A stretch of DNA of 64,000 nt. It comes from a virus. The translations under genes were made by a program, and so were the position numbers. The DNA is taken from the IMG/VR virus record IMGVR_UViG_3300048599_000816, positions 96,545-160,544 of that record; one strand, 5' to 3'. The notes beneath the pieces are model-generated. The model did no database searches and was not told where the DNA came from. It saw only the letters and a list, made by a program, of their open reading frames with translations. Below are positions 19,347 through 29,087 of this stretch, piece after piece; within the stretch, counting starts at the first letter, position 1, and every line of letters begins with the position of its first letter.

Positions 19347-22328
19347 TTACTTAACTATTTGAATTCTATTTGTTGTCGAAAATTCTTTACCAATTTTAAA
19401 TTGATAGAGATAAGTTCCTGTTGTTGCATGCACTGTTGTATTATAGCATCCAGGATTCATGTTTCTATCATTTTTATATAAAATCTTTCCATTAAGTGAA
19501 TAAATAACTAACTGTACATTATTTTGTTTTGCAACAGAATATTTTACTATTCCTTTTGAATCCATATTGAAAGAATTACAAAGAGTTTTATTTGAAGAAA
19601 TAACTGATGTTGTTGGTATATTTGAAATCACCTTCACAGTAAAAGATACTTTACTTTTTCCATCTGAAATTGTGAATGTTAACGTGTCATTTATAACCTT
19701 TTTAAGTGTTATTGAATAGATTGAATCTTTAATGGTTACGACAAGGTTAGTCACACTGAACTTAGTTGTATCATAGGTATATATTAACTTATCTCCATCA
19801 GGGTCTATGGCCTTCGCGTTAATTGTAACAGGTTGATTCAAACTTTTAATTGTTATTGTAGTGTCAGAAGGTATTATAGGAAGTCTATTTTTATCAAGGA
19901 TTGTTATTACAGCTTGTTTTTCGACTGATACTTCACCATCAGAAACAACAACCTTTAAAGTTTGAATTCCTGCTGAAGTATAATTTGTAGTTATTTTGCA
20001 AGTACTATTTTCTGAAACCAATGTTGAACCAAGATACCATTTTGTAGAAAGAAGTGTTCCATCAAAATCAGACGTTGAAACTGTAAAATAAAGACTATCA
20101 GTCTCAGTAATTGTAGTATCTTTTAAAATTGTTGTTATTACTGGAGCAACATTTACGTTCGAAATTACCAAAGTATAGTTTTGTTGTGATGTCGTATTGT
20201 AAGAATCTTTAGCAATAATTGTAATTGAATAACTTCCTGAATTTTGTAAAGAAGGTGTCCATGTAACAAGACCTGTAGAAAAAATTGTCATGTTTGTAGG
20301 AGCATTTAAAAGTGAATATGAAATTGTTTGTTCGTCAGTTGCTTGAACTTGATAAGTGTATAATTGATTTTCAATTCCTGTTGTAATTGGTGTTGATGTA
20401 AATATCGGTGCATTGTTTTGTGAAATCACAAGCATAAAGTTTTGTTCGCGTTTTGCATTCTCACTATCTTTTGCAACTACTGACACACCATAAGTTCCTA
20501 CAACAGGAATCCAAGAAACAAGTCCTGTAGAAGAAATAGTCATATTTGCAGGTGCAGTTTTTAATGAATAAGTTATTGGTTGTTCGTCTGTTGCATTTGC
20601 TTGATATGTATATAATTGATTTTCAATTCCTGTTGTAATAGGAGTCGATGTAAATGTTGGTGGTACATTGATTTTTGTGATTGTTAAAGAGTAAATCAAT
20701 GTATCATAACTTGGCGAAAGATTTCGTTTTTGAAAAGCATCATAATAATTTGAATTATCAGTTAAAATTAAAGTAATTGTAGTATCTAAATTTGAATGTG
20801 TAGGTGTTCCTGAAATTGTGAATTGATTTTTTGAAGTTCTTGATATTGACAACCATGAAGGAAGTTTAGAATAAGAAATAAAAGAAGAATCATTGTCAAT
20901 ATCAGTAGTCGAAATAACTTGTGAATATTGTGTTCCTTCAGTTGCTGATGTCGTTACAGATTCGTTTATTGAAATCTTTCTTGAAAAAACTTTCAAGTTC
21001 CAAACTATTGAATCAGTTTTTGAATATGAATCTTCAGTCCTAAATTTAATTTCATAACTACCTGGTTGAATTATTGAGTTTAAAGAAATTATTGAATCGA
21101 CGATTGTTAAACCAAGAGGATTCTGAGGTATTGTAAAAGTTAAAGGATTATTAAGATATTCAAATGCATGTAATGTGTCAGTATAATAAATCCTTTTTGT
21201 TGATTCATCAGTGTACCCAAGTGAGTCGACAAAGGTTGTATTAAGAAAAAAAGGCGTGTTATTAAATTTGTAAATAGAAATGTAATCAGATATTTGATAT
21301 GTTATTTCTTGTGAATTTTGTTTGTAAAGAAAATCATATAAAGGTCTTGGAAAATTGCAACTCCTTGTATACTTAGATTTTGTGTAGAAGATCCTATTTG
21401 AATTTGAAATATTGTTGTTACTATCAAGAAAAACGTTGTATGATGCAACATCTTCAGAACAAGAAACATCTCCATAATACGAATTGTTTATTTTATAATA
21501 AGAGAAGAAAGTAGTATCAACTGGATTTACAGCAAATTTTTTAACTGCAAATGAAGAATTTGTTTTTACTACAACATTATTATATAATAGTTGTCCTGAA
21601 GAATTTGTTGTCCATATACCTTGAAGATCTAGAAAGTAACCAAATATTCCTGTTGCAATTTGTGAATATGTTGATCCACTAGAAATTTTGTAAAGTATTC
21701 CATTAGAAGAAAAATATGCACAATTATTTTGGAATTTAAAATCAAGTAATGTTGTTGTTCCTGAAGTTGTTATTGTAGTTTTCAAATTCCAATCATCCAT
21801 ATAATTTTTATAGATTTTTACTTTGTTAGAATTAGGAATTGCTACAATTACATACATTGAATCAAGTTTATATGTCCTTATGTAAGAATCTAAAGTATCT
21901 CTACGTGGATCAGCAAGACCAATTTGGAAAGGTCCCGGAATTGTTGTGTGTTCAAACCTTTTTTTATTGTAAAACTTCCTTATAGAATCAAGATCATTTT
22001 TTAACGAACCTGAAGCAAAAAGACGGAAACGTGTTTCATAATCAAAACGATAATAACAACCTATATCCAATGTATCTAAAGTATCTTTAGAATCAGAAGT
22101 TAATTTCTTTGTTGCATATATACCCCAGTATGGGTCATCTGTAGTAATTTGAAAAGCAGGTGAAATGTTTGATGCAGCTTTACATTGTTGTGTCAGATAC
22201 CAACTTTTACTTAAGCCTGTATAGAAAGTAGAAGTTGTTGTGAATGAAGAAGAACTATGAAGAATTGAGACATCAGCCATGATTTTCAATGTAAGAATCA
22301 TAGCTATTGTAATTGTTTTGTTGAACAT
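19347..22328 (-). CDS. large secreted Ig-like/cadherin-like repeat protein with T9SS C-terminal sorting domain
   Basis: N-terminal signal peptide; tandem repeats of about 90 aa (PIFTSTPITTGIENQLYTYQ..ATDEQ); C-terminus LVIYSLNGKILYK...GTYLYQFKIGKEFSTTNRIQIVK fits the Por_Secre_tail pattern. Confidence 0.65.
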   Translation of the reverse strand: MFNKTITIAMILTLKIMADVSILHSSSSFTTTSTFYTGLSKSWYLTQQCKAASNISPAFQITTDDPYWGIYATKKLTSDSKDTLDTLDIGCYYRFDYETRFRLFASGSLKNDLDSIRKFYNKKRFEHTTIPGPFQIGLADPRRDTLDSYIRTYKLDSMYVIVAIPNSNKVKIYKNYMDDWNLKTTITTSGTTTLLDFKFQNNCAYFSSNGILYKISSGSTYSQIATGIFGYFLDLQGIWTTNSSGQLLYNNVVVKTNSSFAVKKFAVNPVDTTFFSYYKINNSYYGDVSCSEDVASYNVFLDSNNNISNSNRIFYTKSKYTRSCNFPRPLYDFLYKQNSQEITYQISDYISIYKFNNTPFFLNTTFVDSLGYTDESTKRIYYTDTLHAFEYLNNPLTFTIPQNPLGLTIVDSIISLNSIIQPGSYEIKFRTEDSYSKTDSIVWNLKVFSRKISINESVTTSATEGTQYSQVISTTDIDNDSSFISYSKLPSWLSISRTSKNQFTISGTPTHSNLDTTITLILTDNSNYYDAFQKRNLSPSYDTLIYSLTITKINVPPTFTSTPITTGIENQLYTYQANATDEQPITYSLKTAPANMTISSTGLVSWIPVVGTYGVSVVAKDSENAKREQNFMLVISQNNAPIFTSTPITTGIENQLYTYQVQATDEQTISYSLLNAPTNMTIFSTGLVTWTPSLQNSGSYSITIIAKDSYNTTSQQNYTLVISNVNVAPVITTILKDTTITETDSLYFTVSTSDFDGTLLSTKWYLGSTLVSENSTCKITTNYTSAGIQTLKVVVSDGEVSVEKQAVITILDKNRLPIIPSDTTITIKSLNQPVTINAKAIDPDGDKLIYTYDTTKFSVTNLVVTIKDSIYSITLKKVINDTLTFTISDGKSKVSFTVKVISNIPTTSVISSNKTLCNSFNMDSKGIVKYSVAKQNNVQLVIYSLNGKILYKNDRNMNPGCYNTTVHATTGTYLYQFKIGKEFSTTNRIQIVK

Positions 22329-22424
22329 AAGTCCTCCCTATTTTTAGGTGTTAAGGTGTAATTAAGATATCGCACAATATCGTATTAACAGCCAACACTA
22401 TATAGAAACGGACTATTTTGACTT

Positions 22425-22826
22425 TTAGCTATTTTTAGTTTTTTGACTTTTTAAAAAACTCTTAATGTACAAATGGTATTTTTTTAATTCTTTGTTTGTC
22501 TTTTTTCTTATCGAAAATTTACCAACATTTATATTATAAACATCATTTAATCTTTTTAGAAGAAACCGTATTTTTATAGCTAAACAAATTCTTTCAGCAT
22601 GTTCTTTTTGATAGTCTTTTGCATACTTTGCCCATCTTTGAGGGTCTAAACTAACATATGTTCTTTTTGAAAGTTTATATTGTTCGATTTTCGCTTTTCT
22701 ATTTTCGTTTGTTCTTTCTTTAAAACAAAATTTGCATTCACTAAAGTAATATTTTTTATTATGAGCTTTATAAAATGCATTAATTGGTTTTAATTGCTTA
22801 CATTGCGTACAAACTTTAGTTTTCAT
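22425..22826 (-). CDS. hypothetical basic zinc-finger protein
   Basis: CTQCKQ...CKFCFKE, Lys/Arg-rich. Confidence 0.3.
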   Translation of the reverse strand: MKTKVCTQCKQLKPINAFYKAHNKKYYFSECKFCFKERTNENRKAKIEQYKLSKRTYVSLDPQRWAKYAKDYQKEHAERICLAIKIRFLLKRLNDVYNINVGKFSIRKKTNKELKKYHLYIKSFLKSQKTKNS

Positions 22827-23473
22827 AACACTACTTTTTTCTCATGTCCTACACGTATTTGAGGATCGACGAAAATTTCAAACCCTTTTTCTCTTATTAA
22901 ACGACAAAAAGAGACGTCTTCTGAAGCAAAATCTTTTGTATTACCTATAGTGAAAAACACTGGTTTAAACCAAGGATAAGTTAAAGTCTCGAACACTCCT
23001 TTTTTTATTAACATAAAACCCATACCTGTATATGCTACATTTACAAGTCCTGTTTTTTGCTCGATATCTCCAGTTCTAAGAAAATCAAAATGACCATTTT
23101 TTTTGAAACTGTCTTCATTCCAAGTTTGAACTGTAGCAAAGTGTACGCCATCAGACATCATATAGACGCCAGAAACTATGTCTTTATCATAATCAAGAAG
23201 TTTTTGAAACTGTTGTGGTGTGAATATTATATCATTATCAATCCACATTAAATGCGAATATTCAATTTTTCCGTCATAAGGTTTTTGATTTTCACCACGT
23301 AAAACATCACCACCCAAACACATATTTCTAACGTAGTATACTACAGAAGATTCTTGTCTAGAAATAGCAAATTGTATGTTTGATTTATAACAATAATGCA
23401 ACAACTCAGTAAAACAATCAAAAAAACGTCCAGAAAAAGAAGTACCAGTTAAACAAAAAATAATTTTATGCAT
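22823..23473 (-). CDS. hypothetical protein (possible glycosyltransferase)
   Basis: MWIDNDIIF DxD-like segment only. Confidence 0.25.
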   Translation of the reverse strand: MHKIIFCLTGTSFSGRFFDCFTELLHYCYKSNIQFAISRQESSVVYYVRNMCLGGDVLRGENQKPYDGKIEYSHLMWIDNDIIFTPQQFQKLLDYDKDIVSGVYMMSDGVHFATVQTWNEDSFKKNGHFDFLRTGDIEQKTGLVNVAYTGMGFMLIKKGVFETLTYPWFKPVFFTIGNTKDFASEDVSFCRLIREKGFEIFVDPQIRVGHEKKVVL

Positions 23474-24335
23474 TTTCTATTTCATCCCTATAAAATTCGC
23501 ATTTTGTATAAACGTTTGGATCTTCTTTTTGACATTTTTTGCATGTAGCTACTTTTTCATCGAGCTTGCCAAAATCCTCACACGACCTTGATGCTTCGAC
23601 AAGTTGTTTAACTTCACTTCTTAACCAGATACCATTGCTAAGTCTTGTTATTTTGTCTGATTTTTTTACAGCGTCAAATATATTCTCTTTATAATGCTTT
23701 ATCTCTTCTTTTAGTTCATCAATAACCATTACATCAAATTTTTCTTTTTCGACAGCATCATCTTTTACAATTTTAGAAAGATTTACTTTCGAACTATCTT
23801 TGACAATCCCAGTTTCTTCAAGTTTTATTTTTCTATATTTTAAAATACATAATTTTCGTGTTTTTTCTTTAAGAAGTTCTGGGTATTCTTCTACAGCTTG
23901 AAGGCCTTCTAAAAGACTCCAAATTTTTTGTTTTGAAAGTTTTTGATTTTCAAGAAATCCCGGGTCAATTTCATATCCGAGCTGTTGTAGTTTTCTAAGT
24001 GCTTTAAGTTCTTCTTGCCACGTCAAATGTTTACGACCAAGATTTTCATTAAACATAAGTTGTGTTTTTTGTAATTCAGTAAGATTATCATAAATTATAA
24101 CTAATGCTTTTTCAAACCCTGATGCTTTTAAAGCACGAAGACGTCGTTCTCCAGAAATAAGTTCGTATCTGTCATTCTTTTTGCAAACTATTATGGGTTG
24201 AATATTCCCATTCGTAGCTTTCAAACTTTCTTCAAGATCTTTAGTCTCTTCATCTCCAAAGTCTTCTCTAACATTGAAAGCAGGAACAATATCAATTAAT
24301 AAAACAGAAACTTCATCAAGTTTTATATTATTCAT
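23466..24335 (-). CDS. ParB/Srx-like nuclease-domain protein
   Basis: IQPIIVCKKNDRYELISGERRLRALKASGF (ParB N-terminal GERRxRA motif). Confidence 0.5.
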   Translation of the reverse strand: MNNIKLDEVSVLLIDIVPAFNVREDFGDEETKDLEESLKATNGNIQPIIVCKKNDRYELISGERRLRALKASGFEKALVIIYDNLTELQKTQLMFNENLGRKHLTWQEELKALRKLQQLGYEIDPGFLENQKLSKQKIWSLLEGLQAVEEYPELLKEKTRKLCILKYRKIKLEETGIVKDSSKVNLSKIVKDDAVEKEKFDVMVIDELKEEIKHYKENIFDAVKKSDKITRLSNGIWLRSEVKQLVEASRSCEDFGKLDEKVATCKKCQKEDPNVYTKCEFYRDEIENA

Positions 24336-24655
24336 TTTTCATCCATGTAATAGTAAATAAGATAAACATTATCACACAATGTACATTTTAAACTTTTTTC
24401 TGGTAATTCATCACCCGTCTTGAAAGCTACATAATTACCACATACGCAAGTAAGACTTAAATATGAAGGTCCTAAAACTTCATTTTGTTCTTTAAAGCCA
24501 ATAAGTTCGTTTTTATTGATCTCTAAACGTTCAAAACCAAATTGGTTTTTTGCATGAATAAGACCATCAACAAATCCAACTAAATAATCTTTATTCTTCG
24601 CTCTTAAAACTGCTTCTGTCATTTTTATCTTCTTCAAGTTCAAAACTTTCTTCAT
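24332..24655 (-). CDS. hypothetical Zn-ribbon protein
   Basis: CVCGNY...CTLCDN. Confidence 0.3.
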   Translation of the reverse strand: MKKVLNLKKIKMTEAVLRAKNKDYLVGFVDGLIHAKNQFGFERLEINKNELIGFKEQNEVLGPSYLSLTCVCGNYVAFKTGDELPEKSLKCTLCDNVYLIYYYMDEK

Positions 24656-25004
24656 GAATAAAAACTTTTTTAGGAGTCAAAATTTGAATCTTATCAGCTC
24701 TAATTTCGACTATAGAAATCTCACTATCTTTAATTTGTCTGTTTTGCAGAGAACCCTCAATATAGACTTTATCGCCCTTCACTAAGTTCTGCTCACACAA
24801 TATTGCAAGATTTAACCAAGCAGTAACACTTACATAACAATATTCTTCTTTCAACTCTTCTTTTGTTCTAAACTTTCTCCCACATGCAATTCTAAAGTTT
24901 GCTACTTTTACTTTATTACCTTTTGTAAGATTAATTTGCGGTGCACAAACAACAGTACCGACAATCATAACTTTATTAACCATTGGAGCGCTGTAATTTG
25001 ACAT
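24591..25004 (-). CDS. ssb: single-stranded DNA-binding protein (OB-fold SSB)
   Basis: MVNKVMIVGTVVCAPQINLTKGNKVKVANFRIACGRKF...WLNLAI, typical of the SSB N-terminal OB fold; acidic tail. Confidence 0.55.
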   Translation of the reverse strand: MSNYSAPMVNKVMIVGTVVCAPQINLTKGNKVKVANFRIACGRKFRTKEELKEEYCYVSVTAWLNLAILCEQNLVKGDKVYIEGSLQNRQIKDSEISIVEIRADKIQILTPKKVFIHEESFELEEDKNDRSSFKSEE

Positions 25005-25075
25005 TGTCGTCCTTTTTAATTAATGTAAAACATAGTATCTGCTAACTGCGTGTTTTAGCAGATACTTTTTACAAC

Positions 25076-25309
25076 TTATTTCTTTTCTTTTTTGTCTGTC
25101 TTTGGAACAGCTGCAAGAATGTCTTGAATATCTTTTCTGATTGAACGTGTAAGTTTTGCCATTGAAAGAAGAGCTTTTCTTGCTCTATGACCCGATACTT
25201 TCTTCTGTTTTTCTGTAAGAAGACTGTACTCAAGTTTGAATTCATCATACAGTTTTTGAAAATCAGAAACTCTTTCTGTTGTTGTTTCTGGTACATTGTA
25301 AGTCGCCAT
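25076..25309 (-). CDS. small Lys-rich DNA-binding (histone-like) protein, putative
   Basis: 77 aa ending ...KTDKKEKK. Preferred over the overlapping 75-aa alternative frame. Confidence 0.3.
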   Translation of the reverse strand: MATYNVPETTTERVSDFQKLYDEFKLEYSLLTEKQKKVSGHRARKALLSMAKLTRSIRKDIQDILAAVPKTDKKEKK

Positions 25310-26048
25310 GATTCCTCCTAAAAGATAAAAGTGTTTTTAAGCCAATTTCTAAATTGACCAACGGTTCCCATTTATAGAACTTGAAATTTTCACAATTGAA
25401 ACAAATTTCAAGTTTTTTTCTTCTCCATTTTATATCGTATTCTTCAGTTTTTCGCATTCGTTTTATTAGTTCTACTAATTTTCTTAACTCTATCGAATTA
25501 CCACTTGCAATATCAAAAACGCCAGAAACTTCTTTTCTTAATGCAACTTCTATAGCACTTACTACATCACCATCATAAATAAAGTCTCTCACAGAATTAT
25601 CAAATTCTCCAGAAGTTGTAAACAAAAATTTCTCAATAAGACTTTCTGGCATTGACGTACCATATATTTCTGAAACTCTAAAAATAACATACTGTTTTTT
25701 AGATTCAATTATTTTTTGCTCTATTGCAAGATAACGTTCACAAATTTCGTTTTTAGGTATAATTTTTGAATAAACACTAAAAGGCAAAGGGTTTTTACTA
25801 TTCAAATAAAGATCAAGAGCATTCTCTATAAGTATTACTTTTTTTATTTTTCTTTTTAAAACATCATCAATTTGTTTTTCTATTTTTTCCGAAACAGAAA
25901 AAAGATTTATAATGACAATATCAGGTTCAAAATTTGGTAAAACAACACCTCTTGAAGAATCTAACGAATCTTCAATCAAACATAAATCAATATGCTTTGA
26001 AAAACTATTATTATCAGAAAGTAAAAAAACTTTAAAATCATTTGCCAT
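25263..26048 (-). CDS. hypothetical protein
   Basis: ORF track. Confidence 0.3.
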   Translation of the reverse strand: MANDFKVFLLSDNNSFSKHIDLCLIEDSLDSSRGVVLPNFEPDIVIINLFSVSEKIEKQIDDVLKRKIKKVILIENALDLYLNSKNPLPFSVYSKIIPKNEICERYLAIEQKIIESKKQYVIFRVSEIYGTSMPESLIEKFLFTTSGEFDNSVRDFIYDGDVVSAIEVALRKEVSGVFDIASGNSIELRKLVELIKRMRKTEEYDIKWRRKKLEICFNCENFKFYKWEPLVNLEIGLKTLLSFRRNHGDLQCTRNNNRKSF

Positions 26049-26322
26049 TTTTTGTACGATCCTCGAAATACTCTAAGACAGTCTTGCAAACATTTATAAT
26101 TTTTTCTTTATCATATCCTAAAATATAATCTACAAGTTTCGAGCCATTATGAGTAGCTAAAATCTCTAAAAAAACGTAATCGGTTTTTTCATCATATCTA
26201 AAATTAATTGCATTTCTAGTATGCAAATCGTTTGATTCAAAAGTTGTCAATAAGGATATAATCAAATCAAATTTCTTTGGGTCGATTTCTGGGATTTCTC
26301 CCTTTGAAGATTTGAATATCAT
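26038..26322 (-). CDS. hypothetical protein
   Basis: ORF track. Confidence 0.25.
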   Translation of the reverse strand: MIFKSSKGEIPEIDPKKFDLIISLLTTFESNDLHTRNAINFRYDEKTDYVFLEILATHNGSKLVDYILGYDKEKIINVCKTVLEYFEDRTKNGK

Positions 26323-27230
26323 TCTTTCATCCTTACTTCTTTTAAATCTTTCATTTTTGCTTCAAAAGATTTATTAATATCTTCTTCAATACCTACAAGC
26401 TCTTTTTGAAATTCTTTGTAAAACTGAGCTTTTTCATGTTGATCAATAGACAAAGAAATATCTACAGAAGATTTTATTCTTTTTATTAAACTTTCAATAA
26501 CAGTACGAAGATATAATCGCTCAGCTTCTTTATACACAGCAGGATTTATTGTGTCAGCTTGTACGCCAAGAAAATCTGCTGTTTTGGGATCTAAAAACTG
26601 AAGTTGTCTATCCAAAAATTCAGCTTGTTTGCTTTGAAGCATTGCCTTAGACCACATTTTTAACTTTGAAATAACATTAGCTTGAAGATTATTCATGATA
26701 GTTTCTTGTTTCATGATTAGATTTTCAAGATTGAATGTTCTTCCCTCTTTTATACGTTCGTTTTTTATTTCATCAAGTTCTTGTAATCTTTTAATTTGTT
26801 GCATCATTGATAGTTCTAATAATTCTAAATCATTCACTTTTCGTTGCGTTAAAACAGAAAAAATATCTTTCATATCTCTCTGTTCTACAGCAGGTAAATT
26901 ACTAAAACCCATCTTTCTATTAAACTCAGCAATTGCTGCACCTGTACATTCAAAATGTTTAGAGAAATGTTCAGATACAACAGAAAGTTCAAGATTTTTT
27001 CCTGTAGACAACAATACTTCTTCAGTAAATTCTTCAACAATTTGCTTGTATGTTGATCCTGCAAGATAAGCTTTATTTATTTTTATTGCTGTCGAAGGAA
27101 GATTACAACAAGGACATTCAGGATGTGGTTGAATATATTTAGAGATAAAAAAATCTTTATCTTCTTCTATCAAAGTATCTATTGGTCGTACTTCTAATTT
27201 ATCTTGTGACATTTTTAACCTTTGAACCAA
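26319..27230 (-). CDS. hypothetical coiled-coil protein with CPCC Zn motif
   Basis: ORF track. Confidence 0.3.
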   Translation of the reverse strand: MVQRLKMSQDKLEVRPIDTLIEEDKDFFISKYIQPHPECPCCNLPSTAIKINKAYLAGSTYKQIVEEFTEEVLLSTGKNLELSVVSEHFSKHFECTGAAIAEFNRKMGFSNLPAVEQRDMKDIFSVLTQRKVNDLELLELSMMQQIKRLQELDEIKNERIKEGRTFNLENLIMKQETIMNNLQANVISKLKMWSKAMLQSKQAEFLDRQLQFLDPKTADFLGVQADTINPAVYKEAERLYLRTVIESLIKRIKSSVDISLSIDQHEKAQFYKEFQKELVGIEEDINKSFEAKMKDLKEVRMKE

Positions 27231-28099
27231 GTTCTATCAAAAGAAGTTGTATCTTTTTCAGACCAACCATTTTCATTATATTTCAACAAACTCAAGTGAT
27301 TCATTGTCGCGCTTATTTCGTCAGCTCTATGAACTATGTATGATTCTTTTGTCTTACAAACTACTGGACTTCCCTTTTCAAGTTCACCATGATGACTTAA
27401 AATTGCATGATATAAAAGCATTATTTTCTTTTGATCGATATCGCTTGGAGCAATTTTTGAAACAAAAAGTGATGATATTGAAAGATGTCCAAGCAACATT
27501 TCCCAATCTGTTTTTAAAACTTTTAAATCTTCATCCATGTCATAAGCTTTAAGTTTTCCAATATCATGCAAAAGACCTGCACAAATCAACAAGTCTCTAT
27601 TATACTCTCCAAAATAATTTGCAACAGACAAACTAATATCTACAACTTCAATACTATGTTGCAAAAGTCCATGCACATAGTTATGATGATTACCTTTAGC
27701 AGCTGGATAAGTAAAATATAGTTCTTTTACATCATCATTAAAACAGTTTTCAATAATTTTTTTGTAGTCAGAATCAACAATACTTGCTACTAACTCGTCA
27801 AATCTATCTATGTACTTTTGCACATTAAATTTTTGTACTTCTGTTTGGGGATCTAACATATTTTGTGTTATGTAAATTAAATCAAGACAAAAATTTTTCC
27901 TTTTTTTCCTTACTCTACCTTTACATACTATTTTGTCACCAACTTTGTATGTTTTTGAAAAAAGATCAATATTATCTTTTAAAATTCCTTGAATTTTAGT
28001 AGTTCCATTATTAAGTTCAATTTCAACAAAATGTTCGTTAAACTCTATTTTATCAATAGTGAAAGAACCAGTAAATACTTGTCCTGCTTGAAATTCCAT
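27215..28099 (-). CDS. OB-fold plus HD-domain phosphohydrolase (YhaM-like 3'-5' exonuclease family)
   Basis: N-terminal OB-fold (IQGILKD...KVGDKIVCKGRV), then HD motif GLLQHSIEV...AGLLHDIGK. Confidence 0.5.
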   Translation of the reverse strand: MEFQAGQVFTGSFTIDKIEFNEHFVEIELNNGTTKIQGILKDNIDLFSKTYKVGDKIVCKGRVRKKRKNFCLDLIYITQNMLDPQTEVQKFNVQKYIDRFDELVASIVDSDYKKIIENCFNDDVKELYFTYPAAKGNHHNYVHGLLQHSIEVVDISLSVANYFGEYNRDLLICAGLLHDIGKLKAYDMDEDLKVLKTDWEMLLGHLSISSLFVSKIAPSDIDQKKIMLLYHAILSHHGELEKGSPVVCKTKESYIVHRADEISATMNHLSLLKYNENGWSEKDTTSFDRTWFKG

Positions 28100-28131
28100 A
28101 ATATTATACCCTTTAACTTGTGCTTTGTAAA

Positions 28132-28647
28132 CTAGTTTTTAAGTTGTTTTAATGCTTCAAGACGTGCTAACGATTTATCAATTACTTTCTCATTAACTAA
28201 CCATCTTTTTCTCATTCTATCTAACGCTGCTTGACTTGCTAAATTTGCAGCAGGAATGTTTTTCTTTTCGATCATTTTCAAAACTTTCTCTAGTCTTGAA
28301 CAACCATCTTTTCTCAAAGCTTCACGTTTTCTTTGCATAGACTCAAGAATTGTCAATAAAATAGTCTTATAAGAAGAAATTGATTCGACAGTAAGTTCTT
28401 CAACAGTTTTCTTTGACAAAGAACAAACGTGGTCATAAAACAATTTCATTAACTTACCAATTTCTTCGTTTTCAACTTGTTCACCTTTTTGTTGATCAAT
28501 AATATGTTGTTGTTGTCTCAAAGCTGAATCTAAATCTGGAACATGTGAAACTGTATCACCAAAAAAACAAACATCTAAAGATCCATCAGCATTTACTTGT
28601 ATTCCTCGACGCTTTAGTGCTTCAATTACCCATTCATTATAAGCCAT
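28132..28647 (-). CDS. hypothetical protein
   Basis: ORF track. Confidence 0.3.
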   Translation of the reverse strand: MAYNEWVIEALKRRGIQVNADGSLDVCFFGDTVSHVPDLDSALRQQQHIIDQQKGEQVENEEIGKLMKLFYDHVCSLSKKTVEELTVESISSYKTILLTILESMQRKREALRKDGCSRLEKVLKMIEKKNIPAANLASQAALDRMRKRWLVNEKVIDKSLARLEALKQLKN

Positions 28648-28875
28648 TTAAACCTCATGTAATCTAGAACGTGTATAACATGTTTGACATAACCCTTTTG
28701 CAAAAACTGTTTTTCCACAACCTAAATTTTTGCAATAATTTGATAAAACAAGATGCTCGACAGTTTTTATTTCGCCCTTAAATTTCATTTGTTGATAATG
28801 CTTTGAGCAATATCCTTTGCAAAAAGCATCTTCACCACAATTAACAACAGAACAAGTTTTACCTTTGTTTCTCAT
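28648..28875 (-). CDS. hypothetical double Zn-ribbon protein
   Basis: CSVVNCGEDAFCKGYCSKH...CGKTVFAKGLCQTC. Confidence 0.3.
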   Translation of the reverse strand: MRNKGKTCSVVNCGEDAFCKGYCSKHYQQMKFKGEIKTVEHLVLSNYCKNLGCGKTVFAKGLCQTCYTRSRLHEV

Positions 28876-29087
28876 ATTTCTTCTAAATAAATTGTAGTTT
28901 TATCTAGATAAGCATTGCTTTTGATTAGAAGCAAGTCATGTTCTGTCGCTCTAATTCTGTAAGTTTTCTTATGTGCGACGTCATGAAATACAATATTAAT
29001 CTTTTCACCATTATTAAAATTAATGACATCTTCACTAATTAACTCTACTGCTAAACCATCACCATCAATTTGAAATATGTATCTCAT
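28872..29087 (-). CDS. hypothetical protein
   Basis: ORF track. Confidence 0.25.
   Translation of the reverse strand: MRYIFQIDGDGLAVELISEDVINFNNGEKINIVFHDVAHKKTYRIRATEHDLLLIKSNAYLDKTTIYLEEI

Noticed and set aside
25069-25296. 75-aa ORF overlapping 25076..25309 in another frame.
   Set aside because: The 77-aa frame has a Lys-rich DNA-binding-like tail and better coupling to neighbours. The alternative frame is hydrophobic, low-complexity and lacks a start context.
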